Counted from the stretch's first letter, positions 32,300-42,990 are shown. The stretch: 64,000 bases of DNA from an uncultured Planctomycetota bacterium (GCA_963823665.1 CAWGMQ010000004.1:288001-352000); one strand, 5' to 3'. A program made the numbers and translations. Notes: a model not told the origin generated them from the sequence alone.

Positions 32300-32534
32300 T
32301 CAGTCAGGAATGATTGGTCCGAATGCGGGAACGGGCATGGCGTCGTCGTCCACGATGTTCACGTAAGGCGCAGGCCCCGCGCCGTAATACAGAGCCGCGT
32401 CCTGGCCGGGGATCGCCGTCGTCCACAACACAACTGTCGCCGGCCTCTCGCGGTCGAGCTCGGCCCACAACACCTCAAGTGCCCGGCAAAGTGCCTCATC
32501 CACGTCAAACTGCCGCGTGCGCCCGAGGGCACAT
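32300..32534 (-). pseudogene. Chimeric relic: TetR N-terminus fused to a second copy of the SASA 3' end
   Basis: (M)ALGRTRQFDVDEALCRALEVLW | AELDRERPATVVLWTTAIPG..PAFGPIIPD; 32296-32464 matches 28466-28634. Confidence 0.82.
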
Positions 32535-32564
32535 CGATCTCCTTCAAAAAATGATCGTCGGCCC

Positions 32565-32613
32565 TTGACCGGCATCGCCGCCCCAATATACTTTCACTGT
32601 ACCAATCGGTACA
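32565..32613 (+). promoter_or_regulatory. Sigma70-like promoter with TetR-type operator
   Basis: TTGACC-16-TATACT, then the palindrome TGTACC-AATC-GGTACA (32598-32613). Confidence 0.75.
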
Positions 32614-32637
32614 ATAACGTCAAGTGAGGAGATTACC

Positions 32638-33396
32638 ATGGCAAGCACCAACCGTGATAGACCACTTGCAGGCAAGGTCGCGCTCATCACTGGCGGTTCG
32701 CGCGGCATCGGCGCTGCGATTGCCAGCCGCCTGGCCGCGGACGGCGCCAGCGTGGCCGTCACCTACTCCAAAGGCGCTGACGCAGCGGCGTCCGTTGTCA
32801 AAGAGGTTGAACGCGGAGGCGGAAAGGCGATCGCGATCCAGGCAGACGCCGCCGACTCCGACGCAGTCAAAAACGCCGTCGAAAAGACGGTCACGACATT
32901 TGGCCGGCTGGACGTGCTGGTGAACAACGCCGGCACGGTCATTCCGGCGAAGGTCGAGGACACGACGCTCGCGGACTTCGATCGCGTTTTTGCGATCAAC
33001 GTCCGCGGCGTCTTCGTCGCGACCCAGGCGGCGCTCAAGCACATGAAGACCGGCGGGCGCATCATCATGATCGGCTCGTGCCTGGGCGAGCGCGTGTTGA
33101 TGAGCGGCATGGCGCCCTACGCTGCAACCAAAGGCGCCGTCAAGATGTTCACGCAAGGGCTGGCGCGTGAGCTCGGAGCGCGCGGCATTACGGTCAACAA
33201 CGTTCAGCCGGGTCCGATTGATACCGATCTGAACCCGGCCTCAAGCGAATGGGCCGACGGCCAGAAGGCGGTTGTTCCGCTTGATCGGTTTGGACACGCC
33301 GACGAGGTCGCTTCGCTCGTAGCGTTCGTCGCCGGTCCCGGGTCGTCATACATCAACGGTGCGAACCTTACGGTCGACGGAGGAACCAACGCCTGA
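32638..33396 (+). CDS. Short-chain dehydrogenase/reductase (BdcA/FabG-like)
   Basis: TGGSRGIG, NNAG, YAATK, VQPGPIDT, VDGG. Confidence 0.95.
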   Translation: MASTNRDRPLAGKVALITGGSRGIGAAIASRLAADGASVAVTYSKGADAAASVVKEVERGGGKAIAIQADAADSDAVKNAVEKTVTTFGRLDVLVNNAGTVIPAKVEDTTLADFDRVFAINVRGVFVATQAALKHMKTGGRIIMIGSCLGERVLMSGMAPYAATKGAVKMFTQGLARELGARGITVNNVQPGPIDTDLNPASSEWADGQKAVVPLDRFGHADEVASLVAFVAGPGSSYINGANLTVDGGTNA

Positions 33397-33438
33397 CCGC
33401 AATCGGCGTCTCCACGCAGGGTGCGCAAAGGAGAAAAG

Positions 33439-34035
33439 ATGATGAGGGCTAATCTGACGATGGCTGCTTTCGCGCTGTCGGCTCTTGTGCTCGGCGGCAA
33501 TGTTTTTCACGGCCAACCTGGACTGGCGTCCGAAAGGGATCATCCAATGAATGTCTCTCGCATCACGGTGGAACACGTTCAAGTGGTGGCCGAGAAACCC
33601 TTCGATCAAGTTACCAAGGCATTTGAACAGCAGCTCGGACGATTCGACGAGGACACGTACAGGTCGCTCGCCGCAGGTGAAGATGTCGAGGTGGCCAGGG
33701 CCAAGCTCGAAGCGATGGTGGGGCCAAGCGGCTTCATGCTCTTCAGGACCAGCGACCATGGATCACTGCTGCGTTTGGTCGGCCAGAAGAAAAGAGCGAT
33801 CCAGTATCTCGTTGGCAATCCACTCTTCGCCATCCAGATGACGGAGCATGACATCCGGGCCAGCCTTTATGCACCGTTGCGGGTGCTGATCTACGAGCAC
33901 GAACCCGAAAAGACCTACGTGGAGTACGACAAGCCATCCTCGCTCTTCGGACAATTCGGCAACGCGAAGGTAACCGAGGTCGCCGACATGCTCGATCGAA
34001 AACTGGAGCAATTGGTGGCCAAGGCGATTCAATAG
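33439..34035 (+). CDS. DUF302 domain protein
   Basis: DHGSLL..QYLVGNPLFAIQMTEHDIRASLYAPLRVLIYE..YDKPSS. Confidence 0.85.
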   Translation: MMRANLTMAAFALSALVLGGNVFHGQPGLASERDHPMNVSRITVEHVQVVAEKPFDQVTKAFEQQLGRFDEDTYRSLAAGEDVEVARAKLEAMVGPSGFMLFRTSDHGSLLRLVGQKKRAIQYLVGNPLFAIQMTEHDIRASLYAPLRVLIYEHEPEKTYVEYDKPSSLFGQFGNAKVTEVADMLDRKLEQLVAKAIQ

Positions 34036-34039
34036 CTTC

Positions 34040-34627
34040 TCACCCCGGCCACGCTCGCAACGCCAGTTCCGCAACGCGTCGAAGGTCCTCGCGGCTCGCA
34101 CCTCCGGCCGCCTGGACCGCCATTCCCCGCATGACCGTCACCACGTAGCGAGCGAGATCAGCCGCGTCCGCCCCGGCCGGCAGATCGCCGTCCGCTCGGG
34201 CACGCTCGAACCGCTGGCGAACCGCGCATTCTCCCGCCACACGACGCGCGGCCACTTCCCGGCGCACGGATTCGGCCGTCTCTCCACACGCGAGCGCACC
34301 TTGCACAATCAGACATCCGCGCGGGTTCCGCCGATCAGTCACCAGGTCGATCGTCCCGCCCAGTAGCCGTTCAGCAACGGCGCGGGCTGTCGGCTCGTTC
34401 AGGGACTCGCGCACAAAGGCCGCTGGACCCTCGACATAGCGGTCGAGCGCCTTGCGAAACAGCTCTTCCTTGCTGCCGAACGCGGCATACAGGCTCGGGC
34501 GGTTGATGCCCATCGCCGCCGTCAGGTCCGGAAGCGTGGCGCCCTCGTAGCCCCTGCGCCAGAACACCCGCAATGCGCGGTCCAGAACTTCATCGATGTC
34601 AAATTCGCGGGGACGCCCCTTCGCCAC
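34040..34627 (-). CDS. TetR/AcrR family regulator (ComR/NemR-like)
   Basis: GRPREFD..FWRRGYEG..MGINRPSLYAAFGSKEELF..PRGCL. Confidence 0.95.
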   Translation of the reverse strand: MAKGRPREFDIDEVLDRALRVFWRRGYEGATLPDLTAAMGINRPSLYAAFGSKEELFRKALDRYVEGPAAFVRESLNEPTARAVAERLLGGTIDLVTDRRNPRGCLIVQGALACGETAESVRREVAARRVAGECAVRQRFERARADGDLPAGADAADLARYVVTVMRGMAVQAAGGASREDLRRVAELALRAWPG

Positions 34628-34646
34628 GCCTGACCTCCTCGTTTTT

Positions 34647-34714
34647 TGTACCTACCAGTATATTACACCCCTTGACCCGGCATGTCCAGGCCCATATATT
34701 TACCGTGCGGTACA
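34647..34714 (+). promoter_or_regulatory. Divergent tetR/RND promoter region with two operators
   Basis: TGTACCTACCAGTATA (34647-34662); TTGACC-17-TATATT; TTTACC-GTGC-GGTACA (34699-34714). Confidence 0.72.
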
Positions 34715-34756
34715 AAAGACGCGGCCGAAGGGTCGATCCATTCACGGAGACGGGCA

Positions 34757-35947
34757 ATGTCTCGCACACATACGGGCGCATTCTCTGTACTGGTTCTCGG
34801 GGCCTGGCTCAACGTGACGGGCTGTGCCAGGGCGCCCGCAGAGGCTCCCGCGGCGGCTCCGATGGCGGTCACGGTAAGTTATCCCGTCGAGCGCGACGTC
34901 ACCGACTACGCCGACTTCACCGGCCGGACGGCCGCCGTGGATTCCGTCGAGGTACGGGCGCGCGTCTCGGGTTACCTCGACACGGTCAACTTCAAGGAAG
35001 GTGCACTGGTCAAGAAGGGCGACCAGCTCTTCGAGATCGACCCCCGGCCGTACCAGGCCGAGCTCGAGCGGGCCAAGGGGACTGTGGCGCAGTGCGAGGC
35101 CCGCGCACACCGACTGGAGCGCGATTTCCAGCGCGCCAAGATTCTGATCACGCGCGCGGCCGTCGGCCAGGAAGAATATGACCGATACGAGGGTGACTAC
35201 CGGGAGGCGGTGGCCAACCTCGAAGTCGCCAGGGCCAACCGCGACCTCGCCGCGCTGAACGTGGGATACGCGAAAGTCGTCGCGCCGGTCAGCGGGCGCG
35301 TCAGCCGGTACGTCGTCACGGTGGGCAACCTGATTCAGTCGGGCGACCAGAACAGCGGCACCCTGCTCACCACCATCGTGTCCGTGGACCCGATGTATGC
35401 CTACTTCGACGTCGACGAGCGCACCGTGCTGCGCATCCGGCAGTTGATCCGCGAAGGCAAGGCCAAGTCAGCCGGCCAGACCAGGTGGCCCGTTGCGCTC
35501 GGCCTGGCCACTGAGGAGGGGTTTCCCCATCAGGGCACGATTAATTTCGAGGACAACCAGGTCAATCCCAAAACCGGAACCCTGCGCGTCCGGGGCGTGT
35601 TCCCCAACAAGGACGAGGCGCTCTCCCCCGGCTTTTTCGCCCGCGTCCGCGTGCCCATCGGTCAAGCCCACGACGCCCTGCTGGTCACTGACCGCGCGAT
35701 CGACACCGACCAGGGCGAGAAGGTTCTGTACACCGTCAACAAGAAGCATGAGGTGGTCTCCCGCCCCGTTCGGCTGGGTGCCCTCCACCATGGCCTGCGG
35801 GAGATCACAGCCGGGCTCGAGCCGGGCGAGCAAATCATCGTGACCGGCCTGCAACAGGTGCGGCCGGGCATCACGGTCGAGCCAAAGCTAGTAGAAATGC
35901 CGAACTCAATCCGGAAGTCGTCCGCGCGGCTTCTGACCGATAGGTGA
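34757..35947 (+). CDS. RND efflux periplasmic adaptor (MexE/AcrA-like lipoprotein)
   Basis: Lipobox-like VTGC; VEVRARVSG, FKEGALVKKGDQLFEIDP, APVSG, NQVNPKTGTL, PGFF. Confidence 0.95.
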   Translation: MSRTHTGAFSVLVLGAWLNVTGCARAPAEAPAAAPMAVTVSYPVERDVTDYADFTGRTAAVDSVEVRARVSGYLDTVNFKEGALVKKGDQLFEIDPRPYQAELERAKGTVAQCEARAHRLERDFQRAKILITRAAVGQEEYDRYEGDYREAVANLEVARANRDLAALNVGYAKVVAPVSGRVSRYVVTVGNLIQSGDQNSGTLLTTIVSVDPMYAYFDVDERTVLRIRQLIREGKAKSAGQTRWPVALGLATEEGFPHQGTINFEDNQVNPKTGTLRVRGVFPNKDEALSPGFFARVRVPIGQAHDALLVTDRAIDTDQGEKVLYTVNKKHEVVSRPVRLGALHHGLREITAGLEPGEQIIVTGLQQVRPGITVEPKLVEMPNSIRKSSARLLTDR

Positions 35948-36024
35948 AGAGCAGCGCCAGCGATCGCCGGCAAATCCGCCGCTCCCAGCGTGCAGGGCCG
36001 CGAGCCTGCTATCGGGTGTAGATT

Positions 36025-36630
36025 TCAATGATTCTTAGGGTGATGAAATGTTCCGAATTGCGACAAGGTCAAACGAGACGGGACAGTGCCTGCGTCGCCG
36101 AATGAAAGTGACCGGCCAGAGGCTCGATCATGTTGCTCGATCCAGCGATGAACGCGCAACAAGATGCGGGGCAGTCCTTTTGCGGGAAGGTTTTGATTTT
36201 CCCAGTTTGTCATTTGCGCGCGCACCGCCTTGGTAACCGGATTCTCGACCTTGATTCCCATCGTGGCACACGCAAGAGCCAGTTGAGAATCGTCGGTGGC
36301 AAGAACGGTCACGCCGCGCAGCCGGCAGCTTTCGAGCAGCACCGCGTCATTGAAATCGACCCCGCAGGACTGCCGCAGAGACAGAGCCCCTGCTGCGACG
36401 GTCGCGGTCAGCTCTTCCACGACCAGGGCCTGGGACAGATCGGTGAATTTCGCATCCGCGTCACTTTCCGAGACACCGTAAACGGCAACGAGCACGCGCC
36501 ACAGCTCGACGAGGTTGACGATACCGGTGACCCAGACTGGGTACCCCGTGATGTACCGCTCACAAGCCGTCATGGCCGGATGATTGGCGAGCGACGCGTA
36601 CACCAGCAAATTGGAGTCGATCGCCTTCAC
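36025..36630 (-). CDS. PIN-domain (VapC-like) protein with C-terminal extension; true stop possibly 36069 if there is an indel near 36125
   Basis: GTG at 36630 after AGGAGG; MKAIDSNLLVYA..NLVE..DFNDAVLL..LATDD (acidic PIN residues). Confidence 0.85.
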   Translation of the reverse strand: MKAIDSNLLVYASLANHPAMTACERYITGYPVWVTGIVNLVELWRVLVAVYGVSESDADAKFTDLSQALVVEELTATVAAGALSLRQSCGVDFNDAVLLESCRLRGVTVLATDDSQLALACATMGIKVENPVTKAVRAQMTNWENQNLPAKGLPRILLRVHRWIEQHDRASGRSLSFGDAGTVPSRLTLSQFGTFHHPKNH

Positions 36631-36638
36631 GCGGCCTC

Positions 36639-37193
36639 CTACCAACCGAGCGAGTCCATGTCGACGTCCGCCAGGCTGAGTTGGGTCGGGCGATTCATCG
36701 TCAGCTTGCGCTCAAGAGCCGCTTGGACAGGCATCGTTGGCACGGGCTTCAGATCCCGGTCGAGTCGGGCTTCGAGCGCTGCGTCACGGCCTGGACGTGG
36801 CGCGGTGCTCACGGCGTGCAGGATCTTTTCGACACGGCGGCGTAACGTCGGCAAGTCAGCCGCGTCTACCCGAAAACCAACGAACGTGCCGGCGGATTTC
36901 CGAGGCTTGAACCAGCACTCGGATTGGGTCCACGCCACGCCCTGGAGAGCGGGGGTCGAGTCCACGACGCTCTTTCGGATTGCGAAGAGCAATTCGCCTC
37001 CAGCCAGGCGCGCGAGCTTGAACGTGACCTTGCGCCGCTGCGGTAACGGCTGGGACTTCCCGGGAAACCAACTGGCGGAGCCTCGCCGGTCCTTGAGCTC
37101 AAATCCCTTGGCCTGGATCAAACGGGCGAGCTCGTCCTTCGCGGCCTTGAAATGCCGGTCCTGGCCTATGGCGACAGTTTGGATTGCGTCCAC
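36639..37193 (-). CDS. Hypothetical protein coupled to the PIN gene (candidate antitoxin or partner)
   Basis: GGAGG RBS and GTG at 37193; its stop TAG overlaps the PIN gene RBS. Confidence 0.75.
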   Translation of the reverse strand: MDAIQTVAIGQDRHFKAAKDELARLIQAKGFELKDRRGSASWFPGKSQPLPQRRKVTFKLARLAGGELLFAIRKSVVDSTPALQGVAWTQSECWFKPRKSAGTFVGFRVDAADLPTLRRRVEKILHAVSTAPRPGRDAALEARLDRDLKPVPTMPVQAALERKLTMNRPTQLSLADVDMDSLGW

Positions 37194-37242
37194 TGTCACA
37201 ACCTCCGTCCGCACGGGAACATTCAATCAGTTCAGACAACGG

Positions 37243-37302
37243 ACTATTCCATGACTCTAACAGTTACTCCATAGACTGTCAAATAGAATTTCCTATAAAC
37301 TC
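37243..37302 (-). promoter_or_regulatory. Sigma70 promoter of the PIN module with repeated boxes
   Basis: TTGACA(37282-37277)-17-TAGAGT(37259-37254); plus-strand boxes actattccatgact, gttactccatagact, aatttcctataaact. Confidence 0.72.
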
Positions 37303-37366
37303 ACCTAACGATAATTGCCGGCTTTCGACGTACGGGTGAGCGAAGAGGTGGTGAAAGGGGGCTCAC

Positions 37367-40300
37367 ATGCTGGCGCGTTTCTTCATCGACCGACCCGTCC
37401 TGGCGTGGGTGATTTCCATCGTGATCATCCTGCTTGGGGCCATCGCGGCGGGCTTCTTGCCGATCGCCGAGTATCCGGAGATCACGCCGCCGACCGTCCG
37501 GGTGACAGCCAGCTACCCCGGAGCCAATGCGAACGTGGTAGCCGACACCGTGGCCGCGCCGATCGAGCAGCAGGTCGTTGGCGTGGAAGCCATGATGTAC
37601 ATGTCGTCGCAGAGCAACAACGACGGCTCGTACACCCTCGACGTGACCTTCGACCTGGGCACCAACGTGAACATGGCCCAGGTACTGGTGCAGAACCGCG
37701 TCGCCATCGCCGAGCCCACGCTCCCCGATGTGGTTCGGACCATCGGCGTGGCAGTCAAGAAACGGTCCCCAGACGTCTTGCTGGGGATCAGTCTGTATTC
37801 CGACGACGACCCGGAGACCGGCAGGCCGTACTATGATTCGCTCTACCTGAGCAATTACGCCACGATCCAGATCAAGGACGCCGTCGCCCGGGTGGAAGGC
37901 GTCGGCGACGTGACGATCCTCGGCCAGCAAGACTACAGCATGCGGGTCTGGCTCGACCCGGACAAGCTGCAGTCGCGCAATCTGACGGCCGGCGACGTGA
38001 TCCGGGTCTTGCGCGAGCAGAACGTGCAGGTGGCTGCTGGACGCATCGGCCAGCCGCCGGTCCCCGACGGCCAGGATTTTCAGTACACGATGAGCACCCT
38101 CGGCCGGTTGGTCGAGGCCGAGCAGTTCGCGGACATCATTCTCAACACCGGCGCGAATGGAGAAGTGACTTACCTCAGGGACGTCAGCCGTACCGAGCTG
38201 GGTGCCCGAAACCAGGACACGCTCGGGCGGCTCGACGGCCGGCCGTCGCCGGCGGTTGTCGTCTTTCTGCTGCCAGGCGCTAACGCCCTGAACACCGCCG
38301 ACGGCATCAAGGCCAAGATGAGCGAGCTGGAAACTCGCTTCCCCAAGGGGCTGCACTACCTGGTCGGCTACGACACCACGCCGTTCATCCGCGAATCCGT
38401 GAATGAGGTTTTCCGTACGCTGTGCGAATCCGTCGTCCTGGTTGGCATCGTCATCCTCTTGTTCTTGCAAGACTGGAAGGCCCTGCTCCTGCCCGTGATC
38501 GACATGGCGGTGTCGCTGGTCGGAACCTTCGCCGTCATGAGTCTCCTGGGCTTCACCCTCAACAACCTGACGCTCTTCGGGCTGGTGCTGGCCATCGGCC
38601 TCGTCGTCGACGACGCCATCGTCGTCTTGGAGAACATCGAGCGCTGGCTGGACAAGGGCCTGCCCGTGCGCGAAGCCACCATCGAGGCGATGAACGAGAT
38701 CACCGGGCCGATCCTCGCCATGACGCTGGTGCTCAGCTCGGTGCTGGTGCCCAGCGCCTTCCTGGGCGGCATCACTGGCCAGTTCTTTCGCCAGTTCGCC
38801 GTGACCATCTCGGTGTCGATGATCATCTCGGCCATCAATGCCATGACCATGACGCCCGCCCGGGCAGCCTGGATTTTTGCCGGCCGCAAGCCCGGAACGC
38901 ACGGTGACCAGGGCAAAGAAGCGCTGCCGTGGTGGAGCTTCGCCTTACTCGGCGGCCTTTTGGCGGCGTGGCTCCTGGCGCCGAAGTTGGGTGCATGGCT
39001 GGGCCTGCCCGCGGTGGACGAGGGCGCCCGAGCGGCGCCCGGCGGTCTCAAGACCGCGCTGCTCGCGTGGGGCATCGACCTCGTCCTCTTCCTCCCCGGC
39101 GCGGTCGCCGGCGCAGCGGCCGGCTGGGTCGTCGTCCGGCCGGTGAACTCGGCTCTGGGAAAGCTCTTCAGGGGTTTCAACTGGGTGTTCGAGCGAACGA
39201 CAGAAGCCTATGGCAAGACCGTCAGCCGGTGCCTCCGCCGGAGCGCGTTCGTGCTCCTCGTCTACGCCGCCTTGATTGGCTTGACGGGCTTCGGCTTTGC
39301 CCGCGTCCCCAGCGGGTTCGTCCCCATCCAGGACAAGGGCTACTTGGTGGTGAACATGCAATTACCCGATTCCGCGTCGCTGGAGCGTACGGTCGAAGTG
39401 ACCGAGGCGGTCGAGAAGATCGCCCTTGAAACGCCCGGCGTTGCCCACACGGTGGCCGTCCCAGGGCTGTCGTTCGTCTTGAATGCCAACAGCTCGAACT
39501 ACGGCAATATGTTCGTGATCTTGAAGCCGTTCGACGAACGGCACGGCACCGCACTGAGCGGCGAGGCGATCACGGGCCGTCTTCGCGCACGCCTCGGGCG
39601 AGAGGTGCCGGAAGCCCGCGTGCTTGCCTTCTCTCCGCCGGCGGTGCGGGGCCTCGGCAACGCCGGCGGCTTCAAGCTGATGGTGGAAGCGACCGGCGAG
39701 CCCAACTTCGACGCGCTCCAGGCCCGCGCCGACGAGCTGGCCGCCAAGGGAAACCAGCAGCCCGGCTTGGTCGGTCTGTTCAACGGCTTCCGCGCCGGAC
39801 GCCTCAGCTCTACGCGGACATCGACCGGACCAAAGTTCGGACGATGGGGGTCGCGATCACCGACGTCTTCGATGCGCTTCAGGCATACCTCGGTAGCTAC
39901 TACGTCAACGACTTCAACCGCTTCGGCCGCACCTGGCAGGTGAACGTTCAGGCCGACGCTCCCTTCCGTAAGGACGCGGAAACCGTCAAACAGCTCAAGG
40001 TCCGCAACGCCGACGGCGATATGGTGCCGCTGGGCGCCGTGGTGGACGTCCGCGAGTTCGCCGGCCCGGTGACGATCACACGATACAACATGTTCCCCGC
40101 GGCGACGATCACCGGCTCCTGGCAGCCGGGGGCGAGCACCGGCGACGTCCTGCGGACGATGGAAAGCTTGTCCGACAAGGAGCTGCCACGCTCCATGACC
40201 TACGAGTGGACCGAGCTCTCCTACTTGCAAAAGCAGGCCAGCAAGATCGAGCAGTTCCAGGACCTGCGGCAAAACCCGTTCAGCGCATTTGTGCTGGGGG

Positions 40301-40905
40301 CGGTGCTCGTCTTCTTCGTGCTGGCCGGCCTGTACGAGAGCTGGTCAACGCCGCTGGCGGTAATCCTGGTCGTGCCGATGTGCTTGTTGAGCGCCCTTGC
40401 GGGGATCGCGTTTCGCGGCATGGACGTCAACATCTTCGTGCAGATCGGCTTCGTGGTCCTGGTCGGACTGGCATGCAAGAACGCCATTCTGATCGTCGAG
40501 TTCGCCAAGCAACAGCGCGAGCTCGGCAAGCCCCGCGTGGATGCCATCGTCTCCGCCGCGGTAACCCGGCTGCGGCCGATCCTGATGACTTCAGCGTGCT
40601 TCATTCACATGGTGCCCCCGTACTTCGCCGCGGGCGCCGGCGCCGAGATGCGGCGCTCGCTTGGCACTGCCGTCCTCTGGGGCGCCTTCGGCGTGACGCT
40701 CTTCGGCATCTTCCTGACGCCGGTGTTCTTCTACGTGGTGGACTGGTTGACCAACCGAAAGGGCCGGCCCGCCGCAGCGCCGATCGAGACGAAGCGGGAT
40801 GCGCCTCAGTGGAGCGCACCGAGCGGCAACCATGCGAACAACGGGGTAGCGGCACACGCAAGCCTTGACCTGATGCACCTTGGGACCGGCGGTAGAAGGA
40901 GTTGA
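37367..40905 (+). CDS. RND efflux permease, HAE1 family; frameshift near 39797
   Basis: MLARFFIDRPVLAWVISI..YPGA..APIEQ..MRVWLDP..GLVVDDAIVVLEN..KNAILIVEFA..RLRPILMTS. Confidence 0.95.
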
Positions 40906-40944
40906 CTGAGTTTTACGTAAACAACCATCGACAGGAGGCACGAC

Positions 40945-41163
40945 ATGAATCGAGACGTTCTGACCCCCGTCAATCGAGATGCCATGCTGGAAACCCTCGC
41001 GGCCGAGCTCACGTTAGCAGCCTATCGGGTCGCCCTCCGGACCAGGACGGCGGGCACCTGGCTCGATCTGGAACTGGACCTCTGGAGAACGCTGGCCGAC
41101 ACGGCCAGGACGTGGGGGGCAGGAAATGGCTCGATGCCGTTCGACAGGGAACTCCTATCCTGA
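40945..41163 (+). CDS. Small hypothetical protein (72 aa) downstream of the RND permease
   Basis: AGGAGG RBS; helical LETLAAELTLAAYRVALR..WLDLELDLWRTL. Confidence 0.7.
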   Translation: MNRDVLTPVNRDAMLETLAAELTLAAYRVALRTRTAGTWLDLELDLWRTLADTARTWGAGNGSMPFDRELLS

Positions 41164-41175
41164 GGAGGAAAACGC

Positions 41176-41511
41176 ATGAAATCCCCGGTCACCATGCTCT
41201 TGCAAGGTCTGGCGTCCTCGCGCCGACTGATGCTCGACTCCGTGGGGGATCTCTCCGCGGCGGAGCTCGCCGGGCGTCCGAGGCCGGCCCTCCGAAGTTG
41301 CGTCCGACTCCTCGGCATGGCGGCTCTCGCCGACCGCGAGGTGCTCCTGCAATCTGCAGACGTGATCGCGCGGATTGTGTCCACCATCCCGATGGGACGC
41401 ATGGGTGAACCCGAGGAAGTTGCTAAGGCGGCGTTGTTTCTGGCGTCGGATGATTCCAGTTTCGTCACCGGTATCGAATTTTTTGTTGACGGCGGCAGAG
41501 CCCAGGTCTGA
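41176..41511 (+). pseudogene. Chimera: unrelated (DinB-like?) N-terminus fused to an SDR C-terminus
   Basis: Ends [37 protein letters not shown] but lacks TGxxxGIG and YxxxK. Confidence 0.72.
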
Positions 41512-41590
41512 CCGAACGGACGGAGACTCTTTTTGACGAGATCGCTCGGTAGTCCCGAGCGACGACGTCGACTTCCAAAGGAGGAGTGCC

Positions 41591-42465
41591 ATGTATGTGA
41601 TTTTGGGAGCGAGCGGGCACACCGGCTCGATCATTGCCGATTTCCTGGTATCAAAGGGCAAGAAGGTGCGCATCTTCGGGCGCGACCCGGCGCAACTCGA
41701 GCGCTTTGTGCGCAACGGCGCCGAAGCGTTCACAGCCAGCATGGGCGATGCGGCTGCGCTCGCCAAAGCCTTCAGCGGAGCGCAAGCGGCATACTTGATG
41801 TTGTCGCCGGTGACCTCACGGGAAGACCAGGAGCGGCAGAGCGATGCGATCGCGAAAGCCGTGAAGGAGTCAGGACTGCGCTACGCCGTGCTCTTGAGCA
41901 GCTTCGGCGCGCAGGTTCCGGAAGGCACCGGGCCAGTCACGGGGCTGCATTCCTCGGAGCAAAAACTGAACGCCATCAGCGGGTTGAACGTTCTGCACTT
42001 GCGCACGGGTATTTCATGGAGAATAATCTGGCGGCGATCGACATGATTCAACGGATGGGACTCTTCGCAGGTGCGCTGCTACCCGACCTGAAGCTGCCCA
42101 TGATCGCCACGCGCGACATTGGTGACTACGCCGCGAAGCGCCTCTTGGACCTGGATTTTTCCGGCAAACAAACGCGCGAGCTGCTTGGCAAGCGCGACAT
42201 ATCGATGGCGGAAGTTACTGCGGTGATCGGGCGCGGCATTGGAAAACCGGATCTGCGCTACGAGCAGTTTCCGTACGAGCAGGTGCAGCAGGTGTTAACG
42301 CAGATGGGTATTCCGCCGAAGTCAGCCGCGGTGTACATCGAGATGTACAAGGCTTTGAACGCAGGAGTCCTCGCTGCGCAGGAGCCGCGTTCGCCGGAGA
42401 ACAGCACACCGACTTCGTTTGAAAAATTTGTGCAGGATGTCTTTGCGCCTGCGTATCACGGGTAG
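41591..42465 (+). CDS. NmrA-family NAD(P)-binding protein; frameshift near 42005
   Basis: MYVILGASGHTG..LSSFGA..GYFMENNL..MIATRDIG. Confidence 0.88.
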
Positions 42466-42490
42466 CGTTCCACCAGATTGGAGCGATAAT

Positions 42491-42923
42491 ATGACTGATC
42501 CTGGGTACGCGGCCTTCAAAGCGCTCGACCCTTTCTTCAACATAGTCCAGCAGAGTCTGGCCGGCCTGGTCGACGGCCACCATTACTTCGATACCATTGC
42601 CGACGACGCGGTGTTCGAGTTTCGATACATTTTCCCAGGATGGCCCCTGAGACTTGACAGTCGTAAGGCGCTGATGACGCTCTATGCGGGCTATGGCAAC
42701 AACATCGTCCTGCACGGCGCAGATGCGCTCATTACGCACCGATCGCAGGATCCCCGTGTCGTGATTATTGAATACGAGGTACACGGCAGAATAGTCCGGA
42801 CCGGTGCCTCCTACCACAACCGCTTCGTCTCGGTCGTTACCATCGAAGACCGCAAGATCGTGCACTGGCGAGACTATATGGACTCGCTGACCGCCATGAC
42901 TGCGCTTCAGCGCCTCAGGCTGA
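42491..42923 (+). CDS. SnoaL/NTF2-like protein (3' end uncertain)
   Basis: ADDAVFEF..VVIIEYEVHG..YHNRFVSVVTIEDRKIVHWRDYMDS. The ORF reads on into the next gene, suggesting an indel before TGA 42921. Confidence 0.78.
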
Positions 42924-42990
42924 AGCCGCAGACCGCAATCAAAAGTCGATTGGGGGCGCCATTGCCCAATGTCAACGAGGTGCGAATCAC

